Shown here piece after piece: positions 26,510 through 37,200 of a DNA stretch of 64,000 nt (the first letter of the stretch is position 1; each line of letters opens with the position of its first letter). The position numbers and the translations under genes were made by a program. The stretch comes from Eutreptiella sp. 'Long Island Sound 2002'. Lineage: Eukaryota > Protista > Euglenida. Under the pieces are notes generated by a model that saw only the letters and a list, made by a program, of their open reading frames with translations, did not search any database and was not told the DNA's origin. The stretch is taken from positions 6,386,001 through 6,450,000 of the forward strand of contig OZ038378.1 in NCBI GenBank assembly GCA_964036045.1, written 5' to 3'.

Positions 26510-26810
26510 GTCATAAGTGTTGTTGTTGGCCGTACAGGGCGACTGAAATACTAAGGTCACACACGTCTCTCCAAATGGACGCAAAAGGTGCTCAAGAACC
26601 TGTGTGTGGTGGTTAGACTCTGGTTGTGGACCCTTACGCCCTTTACTTGGACCACACTCGGGGCATGAGTGTACTACCGATTCAACCATCCGATGGATGT
26701 CATCAGGTTTATACCCGTAACAGGTATACATGAAAATGTGTCGAGTCTTATCAACCCCTGTGTGGGCTTACTCGTGACATGTCTTCATGACCTTTGTGAC
26801 ACAGCTGAAA
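26510..26810 (-). mobile_element. LTR-retrotransposon (Gypsy-like) integrase N-terminal HHCC zinc-binding fragment
   Basis: Reads KTCHE*AHTGVDKTRHIFMYTCYGYKPDDIHRMVESVVHSCPECGPSKG...RPFGETCVTL, matching H-x3-H...C-x2-C followed by the integrase core start. Confidence 0.75.
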
Positions 26811-27149
26811 GGCACGCATACACAACCACTACTATGCACCTTTCCGTTGTGAAGTTGCAAGACTGTTGGGCAGCTGCCAAATGTATTTGGATGTTTTCAT
26901 TGAGTCTTCATCCACCAACAACCTCGTGACCATTTGTTTGGTATCTAAGCGTGTCAACATGGAACCTTTTTTCCCGTATGAAGGTTGGTCCTTGAGAACT
27001 GAGATTTGAAGTTGCTTGTGCTGATTTCAGGTCATTTACCCCATTTACCTCATGAGCCAGATCCCCTCTTTCCAAGAACTGTCTTGAGCACTCGGAATTA
27101 ATTTTGAGTCACTCCCAAGAAAATAAATAAAACAAAACAAAAGGAGTGT

Positions 27150-27750
27150 ATTGTCTGGTCAAATGTATCAGCATGTGTGTTTATTGCTTAGGGCTGGCAA
27201 ATCGGCAGTGTGTGACAGTTGCTGTGATATCTTTTATCACCAAGCCATGGAGTCTGGGGTTTTCAAACAATTAAGTTGTACCCCTGGCCAATTCTGGATG
27301 CATTCAAACAATCATTCAAGGATGGTCTGCTATTGGGCTTTCACAAATCCTGTTTCCTCTCTTTTGCCCCCCCCCCCCCCCCGACCACCACACACACACC
27401 TTTGTCAGATCCTAGTTGTCAAATATATTTATCAAGATTGAATTTGTAGGGGCTTGACTCAGGAGTTCTTTGGGGGAATGTTGGTGCGTTGAATGTGCAA
27501 AACATTTATGGGCCAATGCCCCCAAGCAGCACTATCCCAGGTGCTATCCAAGACTTTCCTGCCTTAGCCGCCCAATATGGCAGGGTTTATTCAGCCCTTT
27601 CATCCCTTGCATTTGCCCACTTCCCTTTCTTTATAATGCATTTTGCAGATTCCATATCCATCAATTGCATTTGGATTGCTGAGCTTTGGAACCCCAAATA
27701 TGGGGCATATACTCACAAGGTCACAAAAACTGGGGCATTTGCTCAAAAGT
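27150..27750 (+). mobile_element. Possible decayed Penelope-like RT thumb-region fragment
   Basis: PGAIQDFPALAAQYGRVYSAL...FF...ELWNPKYG resembles the PLE thumb pattern. Fragmentary. Confidence 0.3.
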
Positions 27751-28162
27751 AGCAGCTGGGTGTGCGCCACTTGCACACCTTTCACGACATGATGTTTCTA
27801 TCTGTCAGAGTCCCTCCTTCAAGACCAGCCATTGCCCGCCAGCCATCAGTTGCCCTCTCATTGTCCTCTGTTGTCCTGCAACCACTGGAGACCATGGAAT
27901 GGACGCCGAAGCTGTTTTTTGTGTTTACGCTTTTTCTGTAGCTGCTTCATGGTGGTGGTGGCACAGAGGGAGGGGGACAGCACGTGGCATGGCCTTGTGC
28001 AGCAGTAAATGATAAATGTGCGTGTCTGCTCAGGATGTACATACAGTGCCAGTGCGCACAATGGCTGATGGATGGGGGGAGCGATGCCACACATGAGCTC
28101 TGCCTGTGTTCAGGGCGGTTTCTGTTCTTCGCACCTGCACCAGCACCTCTCGTGCCTGGGCC

Positions 28163-28546
28163 ATGGAGACCCCAACAGATATCGTTGGGTTCGCTGGGGG
28201 CGTGGTCATCGCACTGTCGCTAGTGCCGCAGATTTATCGGACCCTTCGGACCAAGAGCACCAAAGACATCAGCTACGGCTATCAAATTGTGTACATTGTG
28301 GGCCTGGCCGCGGTAGTCTACTACAGCCTGGCGATGCAGCTGGTGCCGGTGTACATCCCGGCGATCTTTGAGCTGAGCTGCATTTTGCTGCTCACGGCGC
28401 TCAAAATCTACTTTGACAACTGCATGACACCCCCTTCATCCGCGGAGATGAGTGAAGTGGTCGCAGACAACGGGACTGCGGACGACAGTGCGGTCGCCAG
28501 CCCAATACAAATGGAGAAACGCCTACAATCTGAACCGCAGCTGTAG
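28163..28546 (+). CDS. Single-repeat (3-TM) PQ-loop / SemiSWEET-like transporter, 127 aa
   Basis: DIVGFAGGVVIALSLVPQIYRTLRTKSTKDISYG... carries the PQ motif and three hydrophobic helices followed by a polar tail. Intronless. The ATG at 28163 follows a pyrimidine tract + CAG (28141-28143). Confidence 0.9.
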   Translation: METPTDIVGFAGGVVIALSLVPQIYRTLRTKSTKDISYGYQIVYIVGLAAVVYYSLAMQLVPVYIPAIFELSCILLLTALKIYFDNCMTPPSSAEMSEVVADNGTADDSAVASPIQMEKRLQSEPQL

Positions 28547-30362
28547 GTGACGACGCAGCGGGGGAGGCACGGGCAGAGAGAAGTGGAACCACGGGAGGGG
28601 CACGCGGCACAACGGGTCTCGCCCGACAGTTGCCCTCCCTTTCGGTGGGTAGAAGGGCAGGGCGCAGGAGGAACGCTCTGCATGGCCCTCTGCAGCATCT
28701 GCCGCTTTCTTTTTGGGTGTGGGGGTTGCCTAGTGCTGATATTTCCATATCACATGCATTTGAAGTCGATGGAAAAGTTGGGTTCATCGATAACGTTGAT
28801 TCGTGAGTTAGGCTTCGGTCCATACCCCACATCATATCTTCATCAACATTTTGACCATTCGAAGCTCGTCCATTGGAAGATGGAAGATTTGGAATATACG
28901 TCGGAATTGGTTGTAATTCTTGAAAAAAAAGAACACCAATCCATATCACGATGGCAGATGCCTCTTCTTTTTCATCAATCGCTGATAGACAGTGCCCGCC
29001 CTGTGCGCCTTTGGCGGCAGGGCAGCATGTGACCTGCTGCTTCCGTGGGGGCATGTGGTCCCCCACGCACGCCGAGGACGGCAGACACGGACACAGAACA
29101 AAGGAGCAGTCATCCCCCCCCTGCCCTTGTTTGCCTCCGCCTCGCCTGTGGCCATGAGAGGGAGGCCCCTGCGGGAGGACTGGGGCAGCAATCAGTAAAC
29201 ACGAAATGATCGTGGGGTGTACTTCAGTGCCATGCGTCGCTCTGCAGCGGCTGTGATCGGTGTTCGTTGTGATCGGGCAGGCCAGATTAGAGCGTCCGCA
29301 GGACCTGACTCCACTGCGTTTTGTAGAATATATGTACAGTGCCCCTTCATGTCTCCTCCACTCAACTGATTTGGGCGAGAGGCGAACGGATCGGAGCACT
29401 GCGCATGTCGCGTGCACGATTTGGTTTCCGCGCCGTTCAGTTGCGATAAGCGGAACAACCGGTCGTTGTTGTTGCATTCCGGATGCCTGTTTCCAGGTGC
29501 TCCTCGTCCCATGCAGCCCACATTCAACAATTCAGTCATTATCCATCAATTTTGACCACTGTTCGCTGCACCATACCCCCGGCTACGGAGGCGGGATGTA
29601 TGTCAGGGACCCAGCAGCTTGACCTGAGATTCATTGGCAAATGAAGGCAAATAGTTGCGAATGGCAGAGAAAATGGAAAATGCGACCAACGGTGAATAAG
29701 AGTAAATAGCGGCGAATCAGGGCAAAATTGAAGCAGAAGTGGCAATGGTCATATATGGGCAACAATTTCTTCATTTCACCGATGCGCTCACCCTTTTGGC
29801 GCGACACAAAATTTCTAGTGAACGTTAGTGCGTCTGATTGATTGAAGGAGAGGTGCCTCATTGCGGTGCCATGGCCTTGAAGGCATACCCTGATGGTTGT
29901 ACATCCCTCTGCTGGAAATTCGGGGATGTTTAATACCACAGACCAGCACGTATGACCATTACGGACCGTGGCCTTGCCACGCTCCCGCTCCCCAGCACTA
30001 TACCGAACTCAGGACTGCCGGGGCAACAATTCTTCGTGGGGCCGCTGGGCACAGCATTTCAGTATTAGGCTTCTGAGGGGGAGCCTTAAGCGCAGTGCGC
30101 GCGCAGTGCAACTATTTGGGCGTCTGGCCGTACTAGAGACCCATACTTTGAGATACTAGGGGCCCCTAGGGGCATCATGGTGACCCCTAGCGGAGGTTTT
30201 GCAAGGCGTAGCACGTTTGGGTCAAGGCATGGCAAGGCGTAGCATGGTTGTGTCAAGGCATGGCAAGGCGCAATGCTCGTGTGCACACATTGATCTATCG
30301 TGCTTGCACATATGCTGCAGGACTTCACACCCCCCTCCTCCTTTCTTAGACACACTTTCTTC

Positions 30363-30530
30363 ATGGATTTGAGTCTTGGTGATCGGGTGTTCTACACCCG
30401 CTCCAACGGCGTGCGAGTTCCTGCCACGGTGGTTGGGATGGCGGGAGATGGGCTCATCCACTTGGAGTACTACCAAGATGCACTACGGGTGTTGAATCGC
30501 CAATGCAAGATGGAGTCCATGTGTACTTAG
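30363..30530 (+). other. 55-codon ORF with an SH3/Tudor/KOW-like beta-barrel pattern, embedded in a repeat cassette
   Basis: MDLSLGDRVFYTRSNGVRVPATVVGMAGDGLIHLEYY. The fold assignment is by pattern only. Confidence 0.4.
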
Positions 30531-32189
30531 TTGACAATGGAACAGAAAGACAGTTGTGTGTTCTTGAGGGTGGCGACCAATGCGCTGTTCATGGCTTTTC
30601 CAGTTGTGCATGATGTGTTTTATGTGAAGGGAAGGTAGTTTGCAGCTTTCTTGAGCTGGGGCAGCTTGGGTCACCTAATTCTAAGGGCGTTTCCAAGGGG
30701 TTTGCTTGGGGGCTCTTTGGGGGGAACATAGTCTAAAAGTAGCGCGCAGTGCGCGTGCAGTGCGCGCGCAGTGCAAAGATTCCCCCTGAAAGTGCACCCT
30801 GGCGTTTCTGTGAAATCCAAAGCATGGCTCACCTCCCCGTCAGCTGGGGACGCCCCGTACACTTGCTGCCGTCAACCCTCCCCTCCCAGTCCCTCTCAAC
30901 GCCCCACTAGTGGGTCTCCAACAATATGACCCGCAACAGGTTCAGTGGTGTCTGGCAGGGGCCAAGGGTGTCAGGGACAGCACAGTAGACGAGGGCGACA
31001 GCTCCAGTGGGGGCGGTGCAGATTGCACACAGCGCCCCATCCCGGGACATGGCCAGGCATGCAAGGCATTACCATGCCCCATGCAGTGTGCCCGTACATG
31101 TGGAGAGGGGGTACATGGTTCGAAGCACGCCACCGCCCAAGCCACGAGCTAAGATGCTGAGCGTGGCATACATGTCAATCTGGAAAAGTGTGCTCCGGAT
31201 GATATGGTGGTGTGCTGCATTAATGGTGTTTGTCAGATGTGGTGCAAGCACTGTGGGGATCTGTCATGGTCCATTTGCCATGGGGCTACACTCAAAGATG
31301 GTGCACCCCCATGATGGCACATGCGGCCGCAGGATTCCCATGCCTTTTTCCTTTTGTTTCCACGGCATGGTTTGGAAAGCAATGGGTCATCGTCACCTAT
31401 CTGTGCGCTCACATGCTTATTGAGTTCAAGGCAGGTCTTTCTCTTTTGCTGCATTCAGTGCGCTTCAGGGTAATGCATGTTTGATTGAAAAAAAAAATCG
31501 TTGCAGGAAAGGACAACAGTTGTGGATAACACCAAATAGCGGCGAAGCAAAATTTGGGGAATCTCAGGTAAACCATCAATTTCGTTGCATCGTCAGTCGG
31601 TTTCGGGCTGTCGTCTCCTGAGAAAGGGGCCAGCGGGCGTCAAGCAGCAGCTAAGCAGTGGCTAGAGCCTGGACCTGGAGTAAAGGCGGGAAATGGCACA
31701 GTGCCTCGGGTCCAGACGATAGGGAGGGAGCAGGTCTGCAGCGTCCATTTCAGGGAAAGCCTTGCTGTCACAATACCCCAGAGCGTAAAAACCCTAGGCA
31801 GGCACACCACCTGCGTGCAGGCAATAGCGGTAGTAGCTCCTCGTGTTAGAGTTGGGGCATTGGTCTGGATTCGCAATTTGTATGCATCAGATTCGCAAAT
31901 TTGAGGCCAGGGCGAATGCCGTGCACGCTGTGTGCACACAGTGCAAAGTTTTGGATGGCGGCAAATACTCGGACCCTACTTTTGGCCCCCTTTGGCAAGT
32001 TTTTGGTTCCATACTGGGTTTTTTTTTTAGCTTCCTATGCATTTGGGATGTGGCACATTTGAATTGTCACCCCTTTTTGCCCATTTTCAACCATTTTTAC
32101 CCATTTTTCATCCCGCATATTGGACTCTCCCCACTATGGGGTACCCAAGAAGGCAGGGGTGATGTAGCCATAGTGAACTCTCCCCACTA

Positions 32190-32801
32190 CCGGGCAAACT
32201 TTGAATTTTTGGCAAAATATTTAATTCACAGCCTGGATTCTGGTGATTTCAGTGTGTCCGCAAAAAAAAAAATTAACGCAAAAAAATCAAATGATTATGG
32301 CATTCAGCAGCACATTCTTGAAGAAATGTACGCAGATTTGAAGGAAATTAATTAAATGTGGTGCAATAGTTGTGGCAGTCCAGCATGGGCACGCGGTTGG
32401 CCATCATCTTTGTACTGGTTTCCCCAACAACTGTGCACTGTAGTGTCTTGTGTCAGGGAGGGCAGATTGGTGCAGTAGTACAGTGGTATATGCACAGCCT
32501 TGAGAAACAAGGGTCCTGGGTTCCATCCCAGTTGGACCCAAACTGCTGGCGTCTTTTTTGGCCATCAGTCTTTTTCAGTTTGACGCAAAAAGAAAAATCT
32601 GGCCAAATAAATCGCAGAAATTCAATTAAATCTAGCCTTTGCTAGGGTTAAACTGGGTGCCGCAAAATGCCTATTTACCGAAAAAATCACAAAAAAAAAT
32701 CCTTTCAGTTTTTTTTGACAAAAACAATTTTTTTGCTAATTATTAATTCCGATCTCCAAACACAAAAATTCAAGTTCTACAAAAGTTCGCGGTTTGCCCG
32801 G
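32190..32801. mobile_element. Non-autonomous TIR element (MITE, Tc1/mariner-type), 612 bp, TA target-site duplication
   Basis: TA|CCGGGCAAAC (32190-32199) ... GTTTGCCCGG (32792-32801)|TA. Removing it restores TAGTGAACTCTCCCCACTATGGGGACCC, identical to an intact downstream minisatellite unit. Confidence 0.9.
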
Positions 32802-32803
32802 TA

Positions 32804-33006
32804 TGGGGACCCTGAGAAGGCAGGGTGATGTAGCCATATTGATTTCTCCCCACCATGGGGACCCCAAGAAGGCAGGGGTGATGTAGCCATAGTGAACTCT
32901 CCCCACTATGGGGACCCCAAAAAGGCACGGGTGATGTAGCCATATTGATTTCTCCCCACTATGGGGACCCCGAGAAGGCAGGGATGATGTAGCCATATTG
33001 ATTTCT
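32804..33006. repeat. 53-bp minisatellite, about 4 copies; the array continues left of the MITE at ~32127-32189
   Basis: Unit TGGGGACCCCAAGAAGGCAGGGGTGATGTAGCCATA(T/G)TGA(T/A)(T/C)TCTCCCCAC(C/T)A. Confidence 0.95.
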
Positions 33007-33242
33007 CACCGATAGCATGCCCATATTCTCGGTGGGTGGCCAATTGTTGGGTGTCCTTTTCAATCACATGTCACCGTAGTGCTCGTCCTACACAAATAAC
33101 GTGCTTTGTTGCCTCTGTAGGTTTGGAAATAATCTGTAGACCCTAGGCGCAAGACCAGTCGTCAAAAAATGCGGAAATATGCATGATGCGTGACAGGAAA
33201 CTACACCTGTAGTTTTTGGGGACCCTCCCTACCATAATGCTT

Positions 33243-33504
33243 GTAATTTTGCCTGCGGTTCGTGTAGGTGCTGCCTTCAAGACGACCCGTTATAAGTGCC
33301 CCTAATTTTGCCTGCGGTTCGTGTAGGTGCTGCCTTCAAGACGACCCGTCATAAGTGCCCGTAATTTTGCCTGCGGTTCGTGTACGTGGTGCCTTCACGA
33401 TGACCCGTCATAAGTGCCCGTAATTTTGCTTGCAGCTCGTGTAGGTAGTGCCTTCACGATGACCCGTCATAAGTGCCCGTAATTTTGCTTGCAATTCGTG
33501 TAGG
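33243..33504. repeat. 59-bp tandem repeat, about 4.4 copies
   Basis: Units start at 33243, 33302, 33361, 33420 and 33479 (GTAATTTTGCCTGCGGTTCGTGTAGGTGCTGCCTTCAAGACGACCCGTCATAAGTGCCC). Confidence 0.97.
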
Positions 33505-33667
33505 CTTTGGGTACACTTTTGCTACACTTGAAACATGCGCCACCTAAGGAAAATCTCCAAGGAAAACGGCACGCTACTTTCGCAAGTAAAATTGAAAATC
33601 TTGCACGTAATTTTCCTGGTTTTTGTGTACCCAAATGTGTACGATGAAGGACGAGCACCACGGTGGC

Positions 33668-34275
33668 ATGTGTCCCAAGTATGCATGCCATGTTTATAAG
33701 ATGACCGTGGTTGTGGACAATCTTGGGAATATAGTCTAGATATGCGACCTTATCCCGGGAACCTCCACGGATGTTACGATTTGGGATCAACGTGGTTCTT
33801 TGCGAACACATGGACAGTTTTTCGATTTTGAAAGAGGTGCGCATGACGGCGCCTATAGGGGCTGCTTGCACAATGCCGCACCTTATATTGGTCGGAAAAC
33901 TTTGAGTGAAGACCAACAAGAGTATAACGATGTACATGGCTTCTATCGTGCAAGGGTGGAGCACAGTTGTGGCAATGGAGGATTGTCCACAATGTTTGGA
34001 CAGGCTTTGCAACGGAGCTGCATGGCCATGTGCGTATTTTGCTCCACCTTACTTAGTTTTGTATTCGCAGGCAGACTAGGTATCAACCCTATGGACCTTG
34101 GCCTCATGTGCCTGAGTTTTTGTGGGCTGAGGAGGAGGCAACAATTGAGGAGGAGGAAAATGATGATGGTGTTTGCTGCTAATTGTGTGGCCACCATCTT
34201 GGTGATATACCCGTGTGTGGCGCTTGCCACTTTAACATGTGTGCATCTTGCATGCCCCTGCATAGTTGTACCTTA
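33668..34275 (+). mobile_element. DDE_Tnp_4-type transposase pseudogene with C-terminal Cys/His finger, copy 3 (most complete)
   Basis: KYACHVYKMTVVVDNLGNIV*ICDLIPGTSTDVTIW...ERGAHDGAYRG...PYIGRKTLSEDQQEYNDVHGFYRARVEH; frameshift; WQWRIVHNVW...RYQPYGPWPHVP, EEEATIEEEENDDG, CC*LCGHH...CGACHFNMCASCMPLHSC. Confidence 0.8.
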
Positions 34276-37200
34276 CAGGGCTGAGTGGTTTGTTCATAGA
34301 GACATTGGAGCACCAATTTGTTGTTATCCTGTGGGCTTTGCTGCTTCGCCGTGCTATCAGACAGGTGATAGGTAATTTTGGGTGAGTATCCAATTGTGGA
34401 AAGATTGTGGGGGGGCCAATTGTGGAAAGATGGAGATAGCATGCCAATGTGTGTGAGCGATGTGTATATATTGCATTTGAACAATCTCAACAGCATCCCA
34501 AAAATTACTTCAACAACATCCCCAAACTGGGCAGAGGGGTGGTCAACGACTCAGCCCAACAGAAACGGAGCGCCAAAAGGAGGGGTGCAACATGAGCTGG
34601 GGGAGCACCGGATTTAAACAGGGCATTAGGCCCTCCATCAGCCCTGATCAACAAACACATGGGAGGGCAGTCAAGAAAGCTGATTTGCCTTCTCTACATA
34701 TGCTCTTCTGAGTGCACCCCGGTAGCCCCCCATCCCCAAGAAAGTGCCTGCCCTGTGTGCGGGCATCAGGAAGAATGGGAACGTGTTTTGGGGCGCCCTC
34801 ATGGGTTGGCTGAAAAATGGCGATTTCTGGGTGACCACTGACGACCCCGGGGACCTTTAGACCGTTGTTGGATGATTATTTGGTGACAAGGGGAGTACGT
34901 ATAAAGCCATGGGGAGCCATGTGACAGAGGGGGTGGGGGGAGGGCAAATATATCACAAGAGTCTATCTTGGAGGTGCCTTGCCGCAGGCAATAGCCCTTG
35001 TATTGATGATCCCGAGAACATCATGCAAACATGGACAATTTGCTTGTGCTACAGTTGCTGGTGTTTGACAAACAAATGTAGCAATTCAGCTGAGACACAG
35101 ACCATCATCAGCGTTTGTCTCTTTCTGGGTTGTGTGTGGTCTGGGACTGGTGGCCCTTGGTTTGGTTCCACATTGCCATCTGGGGTGGGGTCATGAACGC
35201 AGACACCGGTAGAGACTGGGTTTGCCTGTAGAGTTGCCTGGCAATGTCAGTTGGTGTCATTGTGGGGACCCTGGTCCGGACGGGATGCCAACATGGGGTC
35301 CATGGGGGCCAGGTATGATACGCCCGTTGCAGTGTGCAAAAAGGTTTGCTCATGCTCTCTAATCCCCGTTGTCTTGTGTTTTTGGCCAAAGCCACACCAA
35401 CAAATGCCTGAGACGCTCACAATGCCCTTGACATCCCTAGCGATGGCGCCAACATGGTTGTTACCTGTGTTCCTCTGCACCAACTCACTGGCTGGGCAAG
35501 GTTTAGCACCAAACTGAATTTGGCAAGGGCGGGCCGCACAAAGTACGTATGCATTGCAGGAATAGTGCATGCGTGGTGCCAACAGGTGTGTTACATGTAT
35601 GGCGTGCATGGTGCCTCTGGTGATCCCCAGCTTCACAAGCAGTGTCTGCTGCCCACTCATGATCCATGAACCTGTTCCCGTGGACCAGCTGATCGCGTGT
35701 TTGCCTCTGGATTGTGCGGCAGTCCCCAGGTCGGGCCTCCGGTTTTGCTGGCGCCATTGCCTTGGCACAGCGCTGTGTCGGTTGCCAGGATTTTGGGCGA
35801 ACGAAGGGAAGCCGGGCTTGGCCTGGGCTGGACCATGGGAGTGGGTGCAGTAGCGGGCAGTCAGGGAGACCAGTGTACAGACAGCCCTCGGTAGCGACTC
35901 TTTGGCGATGGGTGGAGTCGTGCATTGCTTTCATTTTTGCTGCACGTTCTCTCGCTTCATGTCAGAGTGACGCTTTTCGTACTGTATTTTCGTCATTGCT
36001 TTGACATCCGACGTTGAGATGTCTGGTGACCTTCGTCGTCGTCACCACCCGCCTTCGGAGGCATCAACAGAGTCGTCAGGGATAACTGACGCAGGTGAGC
36101 CCCGCTCCCTTGTGCCGTGTGTGCAGGAGAGCTGAACCAGCTTATGCTTGTTGCCTGCGTGAGATGTGCAGTATGGATGGCAATTCACTCACCCCCCTGG
36201 TGTTCAACGAACACTTGATGTGTGAACCATATTTTTTTGGGACCAAGATTGATTGTCATGAATGAAGATGAATTAAGCCAAGCCAGCAGAGCATGTTCAG
36301 CTCTTCAGGATGAAGAGGGACCGCAAGAAGGGCTTCCACTGGTACCGGACAAGTAGAAGCCTGGCAGGAGAGTACCGCTATTGGAAATGTGCTGTTTTGA
36401 GGCCTTTCGACCACTGTGTGAACTGTATGAGCTGGGTATCTGGACTCTCATATGTTGGCCATTTGTTCATGCGCGCCATGAAAACCGTGTCCAACGGACA
36501 GTTGGTGTTCGGACTGTATTTTGTGGTGTTCGCTAGCCATGAAGGGGGGGGGGGGTACAATCGCACCCAACTGCCTTTCTCTTCCCCAGTTGCAACAGTC
36601 TTTTGGCTTTCGCAGCCCTGTGCGACGCCAATTTTTGTGGCCTTTGCTGTGCTGGTGGTTGCCTTGTGAATCCCATCATTGCGACTGCCATCATGTGTTG
36701 CCCACGCTGTTGCCTTCCTTTCCTTTCCCACTACCTTTCTGAATCCTGCTTTCTGAATGTCCTTGTTTCATGAATTCTCTTTTACTCCTTTGCTTTGTTA
36801 TCAAGCCCCATGAAGGGTCAACATTGAGTGAAGGCACCATTGTGCTTCAGCCCCACCGACGAGATGAGTTTCATGGGGCAATTTCAGCACAACGCAGTTT
36901 AGGGTACACCTCGCCAGGACAAGGTTGACTCGGCACAAATCGTGGTGCGGGGTTTGGTGGCGATTCTGATTTCTTTTATTCAAGATTTGAAATGAGGGGG
37001 AGAAAGGGGGGTTTGGACCTGGTGGGGATCCTCCTCAAAACAGTATTGCCATTGGCAAGGTACCTCAAAAAACCCCTATGTTGCCCCGCACCCTCAGCCT
37101 AGAACCCAGCTTCGCCAAGGGTTTTTCATGACCAGCCACAGCACAACAATGTACACCCTAATTTAGGAAATTCTCTTGCGCTTTGCATGGTGGACATTGC

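Noticed and set aside
28690-28920. WWE-domain-like reading on the minus strand (FQWTSFEW...IDFKCM*YGNISTR)
   Set aside because: Three stops in about 50 codons and only a loose pattern match; could be chance.
32804-33504. CRISPR-like appearance of the 53-bp and 59-bp arrays
   Set aside because: Whole units repeat with no unique spacers, there are no cas genes, and the context is eukaryotic.
35100-35800. C2H2/RLE-like fragment (ICWCGFGQKHKTTGIREHE) suggesting a CRE/R2-type retroelement
   Set aside because: No RT or endonuclease motifs could be read nearby; too weak to call.
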